Source: Euglena gracilis
Lineage: Eukaryota
Assembly: GCA_039621445.1 (NCBI GenBank)
Contig: CP154954.1
Location: 32,651,455-32,715,454, forward strand
Direction: 5' to 3'
DNA length: 64,000 nucleotides
The notes beneath the pieces are model-generated. The model had not been told where the DNA came from and made no database searches. It saw only the letters and a list, made by a program, of their open reading frames with translations. How positions within the stretch are numbered: position 1 is the stretch's first letter; each line of letters opens with the position of its first letter. Shown piece by piece: positions 50,581 to 63,509 of this stretch. Made by a program: the position numbers and the translations under genes.

Positions 50581-53500
50581 GTGCCAGGCCATCCTTTGCT
50601 CACACAATGGGATATTGTCATTGGTCATGGAACTCAACTGATTTGGCCGTTTCCCCCCTTTTTTTTAAACCGGCGGCGCGGAGCAAAAGTTTTTGAGGCC
50701 TCTGGTCAAATTTTTTAGAGGGAGCCAGGCAAAAATTTTGACTGGTTGGGGCAAATGTTTTTGTCGGCCGTGGGCAAACATTTCAGACACTAGGTGTAAA
50801 ACCATTTTCACCTAGCGTCTGAAATGTTTGCCCATCCCAGCGCCCTCAAAAAATTTGTCCAAAAGTCTCAAAATTATTTGCACTTCCCCCCAAAAATGTT
50901 TGCACTTGTTCCGAAAAAATTTGCACTCCGTCATTTTCTTTGCTCAATGGAAAAAAAGGCTAATGCTGGACAATGGAAAAAGATCCACGCCGATTGAAGT
51001 TTCAAAGGGCAAATGTGCAAAACACCCCATCCAAGTGCAAAAAAATTTGAAACAGATACTTTTTCAAAATTGGTGGGGGTACACGGGCTTTGTCCTGCGC
51101 TCCGCTCCGGACAAAGCCCGTGTACCCCTACACAGGGCTCAGGACAAAGCCCGTGTACCCTCCCACCAATTTTATAAGCCCGTGTACCCCCCCCCTCCGG
51201 ATTTGGACAAAGCCCGTGGACCCCCTACAGCGGCCATGTAGACACCCATTGGCCTGTTTCCCCCCCCCTTTCCACAGCTATGTTGCTCGCACAGCTCGTT
51301 ATTGTGGCCGAGTCGGCTGTCCCGCTCCTGCCCACACTTGATGATTTCCTGAGGGACCCAGAGGTTGGAATCCTTGACGGCATAGTCAACTGACACGGCA
51401 CTTTTTAGGGACACGTTTGAGGCAGCTGTTCCTCGTCCTGAGGGGAGCGTAAAAAATATATGAAAAAGGCATTTACAGCCCTGAAACATTTCCAGAGCGT
51501 TTGCGAGAATTGGGGCTGGAAAACGAGAACGAGAATTTGAATGAGTGCATGGTTGCCTTTGCAAAGTGGACCCTCTGTGCGGAATGCCTGGTCAACACGG
51601 AAACCAAAATTGTGGCGGTTAAGGCCATGTATGAATGGGCACCCACGACTCTGACCACTAACATGAATGTGCTGGCGGTGCTCCAAAAGCATGGTAGGCC
51701 AGAGCGACAAATTGTTCCAAAGGCAAATAGGCAATTTCCCAATTTTGTTCTGCTGGAAATGCATGCCAAAACGCGTTGGGATTCCTGGTTCGAGGTTCAA
51801 AGCTACAACATCATGGTGTTATTTTACAGCCTCGGCCAACGCCAAGAGTTGCAAAAACTGCTGCGCGTGGGAAATTTTCACCCTGCCAACTGAAAATCAC
51901 GCCTGCCCCGACAAATCCCCAGGGTCCATTTTCATAGGCGGAGGACATAAATCCTGGGCCAGCCGAAATAGCCGGTGTTGTCCGCGCTGTGAGGGCGGCG
52001 AAATGCCCCTTCTGCCAGCCCGTGTGAAGGGCAAGCGACCATAGCGGTGACACCACTGGCTCCCTTAGTTGCCGCTTTCCCCCTAAGAAACATTCCGTGG
52101 CTGTACACTATGCCTGGCCTTGGTTTTTTTTTACGGCAACTGACAACATTTATTCTGCCAAATCGCTGTGCATTGCAGTTTTCACTTTGAGGGGGGGTAC
52201 ACAGGGCTCAAGACAAAGCCCGTGTACCCCTACACAGGGCTCAGGACAAAGCCCGTGTACCCCCCGCCCAGGGAATTTCTTAAGGACCCCCCGGGGGGGG
52301 GGGGGTCCAGCCACAGAAAGAATGTGAAACAAACACGGGTGACCTTATGGGCACCTGTGACTGTCTCGCAATTCCCCATATGGTCACCCGTGATCCAATC
52401 ACGGGGGGGCAATATGGTCACCGGTGATCACTTTCCATGAACAAGATTGGGGCATTCCACATAGCTGGCGGGTTTTTGATTGATGATGTTTCCAATAGAA
52501 AATGCAAAGTTCCAACACATTACCATAAAAGAGCCACAATAATAGTAATAAAGCAAAATAATTTCCAAAGAAAACACTCATTTTCAGTGATCGTATATTC
52601 CAAAATTTGACATGTTGGTTTTTCAAATCCCATGGTGCAGTAGAGCACATCAATTGAAAGGTCTGTCCAAGGCCCACCGAACTCACAGAAGTCAGCCACA
52701 CTACACAGGGTCGCAATTTCCAAATTCCACTATTCACCTTGGCCTCAGGTTTCTGTCACACTACATGGTCTTCTTATTTCCGAAAATCCCCAGAAGTTGC
52801 CAAAGGGAATCATTGCACAAAAATTCTCCAATTTCAGGTCAAACACCATTCTTGTCCCCCCCCCGATCTTATCCCACACCTGGCCAAAGGGTCTGGGCAA
52901 GGGTCCGATTAAGGAAAGTTTCTTGATTTTCTTGAAACGATCTTGTCCCCTCCCGCGATCTTGTCCCATACCCGGGTTAGCGTCACCCGGGGTATGGGAC
53001 AAGATCGGGGGGGGGGATGGTGAACCCCCCAAATAATACCCCCCCAAATAATACCCCCCCCCTTGGGGTCCGACTTCGGCCGCCGAAATAATACCCCCCC
53101 CCCCCCCTGGTTTCGGGCCGAAGGCCCGGATTTTTGACCTGAAAATGTAGGTAAAAATCACAATTTCTGACAACAAATGATGAAAAAAATGGATTTTTCT
53201 GGCTCATCTGACCTCCAAAAATGGTAAATTTCACAAGAAAGTGCAAAAAAATGACCCAAAGGGTGGTTTTGGGTGCTATTTTGGGTTTTACGGGACTTCG
53301 GAAAATTTCGAAAATTTTGGAAAAATAATACCCCCCCCAAATAATACCCCCCCCCCCTCGGGCCGGGACTTCGGGCGAAAAAATAATACCCCGGGGGGGT
53401 ATTATTTGGGGGGGGGGTTTACCAAAACTCCTCAGATATGATTGTCACATCACTAACATTTTGGTTCCCTTCTCGCCGGCTTCCCGCCCGAACCGGCACG

Positions 53501-55648
53501 CTGAACACTGAACTGTTCGGGCGTGAAGCCAGATCCCCAATACACGGTTTAAGGTCAAAATCCAGGTTATCGGCCCGAAAGTCAAGGGCCCGAGGGGGGG
53601 GGGGGTGTTATTTTGGGGGAGGGTTCACTGGCTTTATCATAGGTGCTCTATACAAATTTTGAGACAAAAATGGCTCAAAATATATTGACTGTTGTTGGAA
53701 GGTGGGGGTGTACAGTGGATACATGCTGAGTTGAATTGTGATGCATTAAATGTGCAATTTGTGCAATGTGCAATGTGCAGATTTTTTCAGCAGTTTGTAA
53801 ACACTGTAATACACAACCATTTTGAAGACATGCCACAGATAAATGAAATGATCCTAAAATATGCATGCAAAAATATGAAGATGCATGCATGTCGCCAACA
53901 AAAATGCGTGACAGTTTATAAACGTTACAGAAGAACACAGCAGGAGCAACAACAGAGAACATGCCTTCAACTGTGAAGCAATCAGCACGAACTTGGCACG
54001 AAATGAACTATCATTTCTTCCTCCAAACCCGGTTTTTTTTGTGTTTCCACACCCAAAATGGAGTTTTGTCAAAAATGGCCCAACATTCATCCCAAAAAAT
54101 GTGATGGTTGATCAGAATATCCTACAAAAATCCCTCCCAAACAATTCTTTGAAAGGCAGTCTCTAGCAAACTCAAAATGGGAAGATGGCTCTTTGGGATA
54201 ACCCCCCCCCCTAATAGAAGCACGGGGCCACTACAAGCGCAGGGTCCAAATAAAAGCGCACCCCCCGCCGCCGAAGGCGGCGGTCCGCTGCAAGCGCACC
54301 CCCCATTTTGATAGGATTTCTAAAGGAAATCAACAAAAATCGTGCAGGTAGGGTCCAAATAGAAGCGCACCCCCTGCTGCCGAGGGCGGCGGTCCCCTAT
54401 AAGCGCACCCGTGCTTCTATTAGGGGGGGTTTACACCACGATCAGAATTTCCAGGTGACAGGATGGGCTGAACGCCATGGGCTGAAAAAAAATCGACAAA
54501 ATGGAAAAGACAACAGGAGATGGGAACGGTGTCAACAAAAAGGACAGCGTGCGGTGGTTGCAGGGGGACATTCTATGATTAGCATTGCTCATGCCAAACA
54601 AACAGGAAATGACAAATGGACACTCTTTGCATGGCCAACACCAATTGTCTTCCCGGATCCCATCAACTACAATGTAAAGAAATGGGAAGCATTCCCTTGG
54701 AGATCAGACTTTGGTCATTTTGACCCCCTCTCCCCCCCCTATGGTCACCATTTGAAAGTTCACCGGGGGGTCCCGGACCCCCTCCCACCCCCTCTGCCTA
54801 ACCCATCGGTACCATGCCCCCCCCTTACTGTTCCCGTCCCGTGGCCCCCTTTTGGGTCCATGGGAACAGTAAGGGGGGGGGAACAGTAAGGGGGGGGGGG
54901 GACGAGCTCCCCCGCCCTTACTGTTCCCATGGTCCATGAACCAACCAACCAAGTTAGACCCAAAAGGCCACCTAAAATGCCAAAATGAAGCTTTTTTGGT
55001 TTACATGCTTGAAAATTGCACCTCCACAACATCCATTTTTTTTGGCATTAGGTTGGATTTTGATGGGATGGAAAGCACCCAAAACCGACCAAAAAATCCC
55101 CCGTTTTGCCTTGTGTTCCAAGGATCCTTTACAAAAAGTGCTATGACACTGTACTGTTCCCGTCCCCCCAATGGGAACAGTAAGGGAGGGAACAGTAAAG
55201 GGGGGGGGGCATGGTAAACTTCACCGGTGAAGTTCACCAAGAGAGCACTTTTTTTGGCAAAAAAAATGGCCAAAAATGACATTTTTTGGCCATTCCCCCC
55301 CCCCCTAAAACGTTCTTTTTCCTTCTCCCCTCTTCTTCGTTTCATCACATCAAGCGTTGCAGAAAAGCCTCTTCAAAAAAAAGGACACCAAGCCACTTGG
55401 TGGGGACGGGTGGGGCACGCGGGGGGGGGGGCGCGGGTAGGATTTTTTTTTCGGAAAAATATAAAAAATATTTTTCTTTCGGAAAAATTTCGGAAAAATT
55501 TCGGAAAAATATTTTTTGATGATGAAAAAGTAACCTCACGGTTGAGCGCACTCGGGAACTGCCCCCAAGGCCCTGCCCGTGCCCTCTTTTTGTCTCATAG
55601 GGCGCGGCGAGGAGTTAGTTCCGCCAAACAATTGTTCATCATTGGGTG

Positions 55649-55941
55649 CAGGGGTTTTTTTAAGACCGGGGGGGGGGAGGGGGGGTCCCCCCCACCCCCC
55701 CACCCCCCGGGGGGGGGCCCCCCCCGGGGGGGGGGGAGGGGGTCCCGGGGGACCCACAAAAAATGGCCGAAAAATCGCGAAAAGTGCTAAAAATAGAATT
55801 TTTTCGGCGCCTGCGGCGCCGAAAAGTATATCCCACCCCCCTCCGGGGGGGACCCCCCCCTGGGGTGGGGAGGGGTCCGGCGGACCCACCCACCCTACCC
55901 CCCCTCCCCCCCCCGGGGGTCCAAACTTAAAAAAATCCCTG
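55649..55941. mobile_element. hAT-type MITE (CAG-end family)
   Basis: TIR CAGGGGTTTTTTTAAG / CTTAAAAAAATCCCTG, perfect TSD attgggtg. Confidence 0.9.
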
Positions 55942-56019
55942 ATTGGGTGTCAGATGACAAAAGGCCGATAAATGGGTGGGAGTTGGGAAAACAATGAACA
56001 TCAAAGGCAAACTCAGCAC

Positions 56020-56160
56020 TTAGTGCCATATGATTGTAGCGGATGTACACCTCACGGGCAAGTTTGTCGAACTCAATGCGAGTCCGGCCATCGGACTGAA
56101 AATCAGCGGAGCTGAACACACGTTCAACGGACGCCTGTGCGGCCGCAATGGCTCCCAAAG
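56020..56160 (-). pseudogene. hAT transposase remnant, C-terminal dimerisation domain
   Basis: AIAAAQASVERVFSSADFQSDGRTRIEFDKLAREVYIRYN matches the hAT SxAxxERxFS..R..L....N signature. Confidence 0.8.
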
Positions 56161-56230
56161 GGGGTGTATGAGTCGCAGGGGGGGGGTCGCGGGGGGAACG
56201 TGGAAGTCTTGACGGGTCACGCGTGACAAG

Positions 56231-57281
56231 CAGGGTTGGGCAATTAACCGTTATTATTGGGGTCAAGCGATTAACCATAGTTAACTGGGGGTCAACAAGC
56301 GATTAACCAATTTTCGATTAACTGTGCCTTTCCCTCGATTAATCTCGATTAACCGCCACAAAAAAAACTCAAAGTGCCCTACCCTTGAGTAGTGTTGTGC
56401 ACCTTGCCAAATTGGTGCCTGAAAACATCATCCCCAAACCAGAGCTTAGACTCTCATTCATTGGATGGATCATGAGCCAAACAAACAAAGAAAATGAAAA
56501 CCACACGGCTCTCCGTTGCCGAGTCTAATGGGTCAGATACCGTGCCCCCCCCCCCCCCCGTTAGTCACCCCTTGGGAGGGGAATTTGGCCAAGGGTGACT
56601 AATAGGGGGGGGTGACTAACTCGGGGGGGGGGGTCATTTTAGGCCCAAATTTTGCCCCCTGCCCCAATCCTTGGGGGTTTCAAGGTTGTTTTTGGGCATT
56701 CCAGGGCACTTTTCATGGATGGCAACCATCAAAAAAATTCCGATGGCCAAATTCGGTGTTTTTTTTAGAAAAATATTTCCCTTCAAAAAATTTTTTTTGG
56801 CTTGGGGCACAAGGGTGACTAATAGGGGGGGTGACTAACTAGGGGGGGGGGGCATGGTAGCCAAGTGCGCGTAAATTCATTAGCACAAACATGAGCGCAT
56901 CAATGGAGCAATCACTAAGGCGATTGCGCAAATCGTTGGGGTCACATCTTCTTTCATTTGATGACAATTACCACCCCTCCTCCGAAGGGTTGTGTTCAGT
57001 GTTGCAGTTGAAAATTGCCTCTTTTCCAAAAGGGAACTTCAATTACCCACACAACGAGGTCCATCCCCCACCCGGTGTCTAAGTCCCCAAAGGGTAGATA
57101 AATGTTCCCAAACCCAAGTCATCTTTGATTTCTGCAAACAAAAAAAGGTCGATTAACTGGGGGGGCCACAAGCGATTAACCGTTTTTCGATTAACCATGG
57201 TTAATTGTTCCCCCCACAAACGATCGATTAACTGGGGGGGTCACAAGCGATTAACCGTTTTTCGATTAACCATCCAACCCT
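56231..57281. mobile_element. Non-autonomous hAT-type element with cgattaac subterminal repeats and a nested TA-flanked MITE (~56538-56860)
   Basis: TIR CAGGGTTGG / CCAACCCT(G), TSD gtgacaag at 56223-56230 and 57282-57289. Confidence 0.8.
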
Positions 57282-58006
57282 GTGACAAGTGTGACCTTTC
57301 ATACAACGTCACATGGAACCTATTTTTAGAACTTTTGTGTCCAAAAAGAGCTCCAATTAGGAATTTGTCACACATTTTTGGCAATTTTGATTCCTAATTT
57401 GGGTGCAAATTAGGAATTAGTTGCCACTTTTTGGCTCCTACTGGGATGTGGAAACCCTCCATGTGTGGGTCGCGGGGGGGTCGCGGGGGGGGTCGCGGGG
57501 GGGCCGCGGGGGATACACCCCCAAAAGGCGGCCAAGGGAAGAAACGGTGGGTGAAGCATCCATCTCAACTGGCTCAACAATGAAATGAATGAATGAAGGT
57601 GGATACTTTGTATAAAAAAAAACACAAACTACAATTGATTGTTGTCTGCAGGGTGTTTTCATGACCCGGGAGGAGGTGGAGGTCCGGACCCACCCACCCA
57701 CCCCCCAAGGGGGGGGGGGCGGGGTGCTCGGGGGGACCCACGTTTGGGGGTCGATTTTGGGGCCCAAAAAAAACTGGTCTCTAGGCGTGGTGTAGGAGGT
57801 TAACATGTGGAATTGTCCCAAAACTGCCCCCCCCCAAACAACAAAACATTGTTCAATTGCCTACCATCATCACAACCACGCCACAAAACATCCCCCAAAA
57901 GTTTGTCGAATGAGGGGCGTGCTTCACACTATCAGGGTAAAGGACAGACCAGAAACTACAAGGATGGCAGTTTATGTCCTCGCTGTCTTTAAACTTTCCG
58001 GTGCAC

Positions 58007-58438
58007 CATAGCTGGCGTTTTTTTTGTTTTTTTAAAAAAAAAACGTTTTTTTTGTTTTTTTATTAAAAAAAACGGGCAAAAAAAACGGCAAAAAAAAACA
58101 AAGGGGAAAATGATGGTCCAAATTTTGCCTTTGATCGCAAGGGTGAACCAATCTTAGCTCAAATGACTTGAAAACCAATACTTTTGGTTGTCTTCAACAA
58201 GAATGGTCAAAATAGGGCATTTTTCTGCCATTTTGGGATGTTTCAACTTGAAACATCCCAAATTTGGTGTCTTTCTCTGACCGAGGATGGGCAAAAAAGC
58301 TAAAATTAAAAGGCAAAAATTTTTTTTTGCCCTGGACCCTCAATGGCGTTTTTTTTTGTGTTTTTTTTATAAAAAAAACATGTTTTTTTAAAAAAACGTG
58401 TTTTTTTTGACTTCGTTTTAAACGAAGTGCCAGCTATG
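58007..58438. mobile_element. hAT-type MITE (CAT-end)
   Basis: TIR CATAGCTGGC / GCCAGCTATG, perfect TSD cggtgcac. Confidence 0.9.
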
Positions 58439-59219
58439 CGGTGCACCCAATGAACTCGATCAAGTCGTCCAACACGGGGGTCTTCGGCACCATCAGTGGG
58501 TCCAATTCGGCACAAAATGTGGAGATGCCTCTCAAAGTTGCGTGCAAGGGGTTATCCTGAACAGAGGGATTTCAGACCCATCAAACCCAGCAAATACGCA
58601 CAGAGGCTCATTTTCGAGATATTGAAAAAAAATTTTTTTGGCCTGAAATGGCCAAAGGGGGGGGGCTCATCCAGGGGGGTGGTTCCCGGGCTGTTTTTAA
58701 ACAAATTTTTAAAATAGGTTGTTTTATTCAAAAAAACACCCCCTTTTAAAACAAAAAAACGTTTTTTTTATTCATGAAAGTTTTTTTGCTTTGTTTTAAA
58801 ACAAAAAAAAGGGGGGAAATGGGTGGTTGATTTTGACTACCTATGTGACACTGGGGCCTTCCCGCCCCCCCCCCCCCAAACCTAGCCATTCCTTTGCAAC
58901 AAAGGCCAAAGTTTCACTGAAGTTTCATTGCAAAAACGGAAAAATATTGCAGAGCCTTCGGCGCTGGGACTCCCCCCTGTCCATGACCACCAAAAAAAGG
59001 GTGATTGGATGGGGGGGGGTGATGCCGGAGAAACACCTCCCAAAGAAAAGTGCCACCCCCCGCATCCTACATCAATGGTTGGAGTGAACTTGTGGTCTGC
59101 AAAACCATCCAAAGTTTTTTTGCTTCTTTGGACTGGGACAATTTGGAGACCTTGAAGACACAGAGGATTGAGAATCTTCATGATTGCGGGGCTCCTCCTC
59201 ATAAGGGTGGACCACTGCA

Positions 59220-59404
59220 ACCGGCACAACGTTGCTCCGGTGACATGCTTCGTAATGCTGAGTCATCCGGGTGATATTGGCCTTCTGAGTCCATTCACAA
59301 TGGCAACAGTGGGCCTTGACTGCCTTCGCTACATCACAAACTGCCCCATCCTTGTTCTTCGGCACAAACTGTTCCCATATGGCATGCTTTCTGTGGCGTC
59401 CCAT
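59220..59404 (-). pseudogene. hAT transposase remnant, N-terminal BED zinc finger
   Basis: MGRHRKHAIWEQF...AHCCHCEW...NITRMTQHYEACH fits the BED pattern WxxF..CxxC..HxxxH. The frame degrades downstream. Confidence 0.75.
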
Positions 59405-61639
59405 GAAAGTATCCTGAGAAAGGAGTGGGAAGATAAAAACTTTTCCTCATTGTGCCTTGCTTCAAAAAAAATAAATTTCCATATTTTTCCACTCGGAAAA
59501 AATATAATTTATTTTTCCTGGAAAAATTTCGGAAAAATTTCCATCATATTTTTCGGAAAATTTCAAGTACAATCCTACACACGGGGGCTCAACCACCTTC
59601 ATGTACATGGTGCTCCGGCGGGTGAGAAATGTACATTCCAGGGTTGACGTTTTTATTGTTTTATTGTTTTATTGTTTTTTTTTGTGTGTTTTTCTTTAAA
59701 TTTTTTTTTTAAAAAAAACACAAAAACAAAAATCGACCTTTTTCGTTGCGAAATGGCCATTTTCGAAGAAAAATTTTCGGGGGTGGTTCGAGTCACCGGG
59801 GGGTCACATGGGGGTAACAGGGGGGTCATGGGGGAACATCACGTTTTCGGTGGCCAAATTAGGAATTACCTGAAAACGAATTTTGTGTCAAGAACTGTGT
59901 TTGGGCCAAGAGTTAGGGGGAGCCCAGGGGCGGGGACCGCGGCGCCGAAGGCGCCGTGGTCGCCCCTGGGCCCCCCTAAAACCTTGGCCCAAAACACTGT
60001 TCTTGGTTGAAACCATGTTTTGGGCGAAGATTTAAGACTTTTAAAGTCTCGAAATCGGCCCAAACACGGTTTCTTGGGGAAAAATCCTTTTTAGGCTCCA
60101 AATTAGGAATCCCCCAACTTAAAATTGCTATTTTGACACCAAATTAGGCATTACCATTCTAAGTGTTGCAAAATTTATGCCTCAAAATTAGGAATCCACC
60201 TGAATATTTTGTCAAATTAGGCATCACCGGCCCTCTAAAATTTTAATGTGTGAAAGTATTTCCAAATCTGTGTTTTCTGGTGCGAAAAAATCATGCTTTT
60301 AACCCAAAAAAACCCGAAAATGAATGTTGCAGAGATAAAAAATGAACTTTTTTCCAAAAAAATTTGCAAAAAAATTTCCCCCAAACCCTCCATGACGTTT
60401 TTTTTTGTTGTTTTCTTTAAAAAAAACACATTTTTTTTGTTTCAAAAAAAACAAGCCGTCAACCTTGGTACGTTCCACATCATCCCGAGGGGACTCAATG
60501 GGGCGTTCTATGTAGAACATTTTACAGAGCGATGTAAGAAGGCGTGTCAGTGGAAAATGAGCGAGGCTCATCTTCAATATATAAAGTGCCTGGGGGGAAG
60601 TGCCTGGGGGGGGGGCGTGTGTGTTGTGCCGAGCTTGCCGTTGGATGGCATGTGTGTGTTAGGTCCTTAGGTGGTGTGTTAGGGAGTGTTAGCTTGGGCT
60701 TGGACTGTTTCGCTGCTTGGGTTGGAAGTAATTGTTGGCTTTGGTCTCGAACAGATGGCTACGGTGACGTTAATACCAGGAGAGGATGGAGAGGACAGGA
60801 GTGTGAAGTAGGGAAGTGGGTAGGATTCATGTGGAGGGGGGCAGGTTAACCAAGGTGGACAGGTGGTTAGCAAAGGTGTTCAGTGGGAATAAGGGAGGTG
60901 GCAACCGGCAGAAAGGTCAGCGTCATTTGACAGGTTGGTGTAGAAGCTCCAAACCAGTTGTTTAGAGATTTCTTTGGCGAGGGTGGGTGAGTGAGAGTCC
61001 TTGCCACACTTCTGCTTTGGTTTGGCGCTGAAGCCAACCCTCCCCTTGCCCTGAAAAGGCTTTAAGGAGAGTGGACATCAGAAGAAAAAAAAGTGGACAT
61101 GAGGGAACGACCTTGCTGCCCCACGCCGCCAAAGCAGTCAAGCACAAACGGGGTAAGGCGCCAACCTCGTGTCGAATAAGTTACGTCATATTTGCAGATA
61201 TCATGCTGTAATTTTTTTTCATACTGGAAATCCCCAGAAACGATCTTTTCACGGCGGGTAGCACTGCTTCACCCAGACCGTGCCCCGGGCCCAGGGAAAT
61301 GGCTCTTTTGGCCCTCGCCACAAGGAGGACCTCCTCGTGACTCTCTGTGCGCCCACAGGTTAGCGGTTGCTACTGAGGGGTTTACAAAGAGGTGTTCGGT
61401 GACTGGGTGAGAGAGGTTAGTGGAAAATGAGCGAGGCTCATCTTCAATATATAAATTGCCATGGGGGGCGTGCGTGTTCTGGTGTTGCCTTCTTTGGCGT
61501 GTCAGTGTCGTTACTCCTGCGTGCGTGTGGAAATGAGTGAGGCTCACCTTCAATGTATAGTGCTTGGGGGGAGGGGTGTGTGGCTCTTGTTGCCTTCGTT
61601 GGCGTGTTTGTCTCGGGTGGTCCTTGCGCTGCCTTCCTT

Positions 61640-61680
<41 letters not shown>

Positions 61681-62602
61681 TGTGGGGGAGGAGGTTGTGT
61701 GTGGCAGGTACGCAGCCTTGCCGTTTGCACAGTTTGCGGTGAAATGGGGTTTGGATTTAGTTTGAGTAGGGAGAGTGAGAGCGTCTGGAGGTGTTGGCAT
61801 TTGTGGATGGTTCAGTGTAGAAGCACCAAACAAGAAATTAGATGTCTGATAGTTCAGAAGTGTTCAGGGGGTAAGGCTATGCACAGAAGTGATAGACGGA
61901 AGTGAGGTGAGGCAAGGGCAAGGGCAAAGCCCAAGTGAAGGGAGATGAGGGTGGCGGGAGGTGTAACGTGTTTGGTGTGCATGTGTCGGGCACCCCGGGG
62001 CTTTGGTACCAGGTGGCGGTGTGGCTGTTGTGGCGGGGGCATAGTCACCTTACTTGTTCAGGATCATGCGGTCCGTGGCTCTTTCGGCCAACCGCAACTG
62101 CCGTGCTACTGCACGAGTCAGTGTGATGGCCAAGTTTCCAGTCATTTCTTGAAACTTTCGTTGTTTGGTTGTACCTAAGTAAGAGTTGGTCGCGAGGCGT
62201 AGCACATCACGGAGGAGTTTGGAGGCTGTTGGCCCCGTGCACCCCCACGGGTTGAAGGCTGCCCCAATGTTCTCCCATTGGTGGCGTGCACCGATCTTCA
62301 GCCTGGGATCGTTTGTGCATTTCAGCGTCCGGTAAAGTACGCTGAACTCGGGTCAAGTTCAGAGGCCATCGTGAGGTTGCCAGAATTAGCAATGAGCCAG
62401 AGCAAGAAATTAAGAAAGAACTTCAAATTAGGAATTGACCCTATGGTTTCCAGGGAGAGAAAAGCAGGGACAAAAAAAGGAAAAACCCCGAGAGACAAAC
62501 CTTTTAAGAAATAAATATTTTTTGAATTTAAACTTGCTTACTGCTTTAAATGGCGTTTTGAATGGACGCTGTGGTTTCTGTCACTTTCAGGGATATTCCA
62601 AC

Positions 62603-63509
62603 ATGGAACTCACAATCCCTGAAGCATCTACAACTATTTGTGTCGGAAACCTTCCCGACTATATGAGCAGGAATCACTCTCCAGTGAGATTTCTTGCTCT
62701 TTTTTTGATTGGTTCCTGTTGTAAACTGCTCGTGAATTCCGCCTTATGTTCAAATTCGCAAACGGTGTCCAACGGTGCATCATCAATCACACCAAGGCTG
62801 GACACCAGGTTGGTTATGCAAGGTTTGGAACGGCACAAGAAGCACAAGCCGCCATTGAATGGCTTGCGCAGGGCTGCTGAAAATGATATGAAGTTTTATA
62901 TGAAATTTTCAACCTGACAGCTTCCCTGATGCTCACGGATACCCGATTGACGAGGACTTCCCAAACACTTTGAAAGTTTTCATGTCTTCAACTCAATTGC
63001 GCGATGCCCTTCCTGGCACCCGACCAAAGCGCCCGCTGGACAATGGTTTTGGCGCACCTGCAGCGAAATTCCCACGTTTGGGGGGAGTGCACAGAATTTG
63101 ACAACTGTTCAAATGTGCTTGTGAGAGGCCCAGGTTTCTCTGAGCACTTTTTCTGATCTGCAAAGTGTGAGAACCATGAGGAAGTCAAATCAACCTGGAA
63201 CCTCACTAATGGAAATGAACCAGTTGTGATGTTGTTTGATTTTGGTTTTTGCTTGTTCAAAAAATCGGAAGAAACAAAGAAAATTTTGTTTTTGGCAGGG
63301 ACTCTATTCTTTGGACAACTTGTCTTTGGTAAACCGTCATTGTCAAAAAAAAGGACTTCGGTGCCCTGAGGTGCTTGGGCCACCTCTTCAACCAAGCCAC
63401 CTCGTTTCACCTCATGTCAAATTCTGAAATGCCTTTTGCTGCAGCTCCTGGGTTCATTGGTGGCCGTGGTTTTGGCAAAGGTGTTGGAAAAGGCCGTGGG
63501 AAAGGTGGT
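62603..63509 (+). CDS. RRM RNA-binding protein (RBPMS/couch-potato-like RRM followed by a Gly/Lys/Arg-rich segment); partial
   Basis: Removing stem introns 62665-62723, 62866-62933 and ~63089-63430 gives MELTIPEASTTICVGNLPDYITAREFRLMFKFANGVQRCIINHTKAGHQVGYARFGTAQEAQAAIEWLHGYPIDEDFPNTLKVFMSS...GGRGFGKGVGKGRGKGG. This contains RNP2-like ICVGNL and RNP1-like VGYARF. An acceptor (ttcag) lies at 62590. Confidence 0.85.

Larger units (their letters stand above)
47785..50994. repeat. Two apparently identical 323-bp direct copies (47785-48107 and 50672-50994)
   Basis: Sequence is identical by eye from ggcggcgcggagc to atccacgccgat, with short inverted ends cggcgcgga/tccacgccg. Confidence 0.9.
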
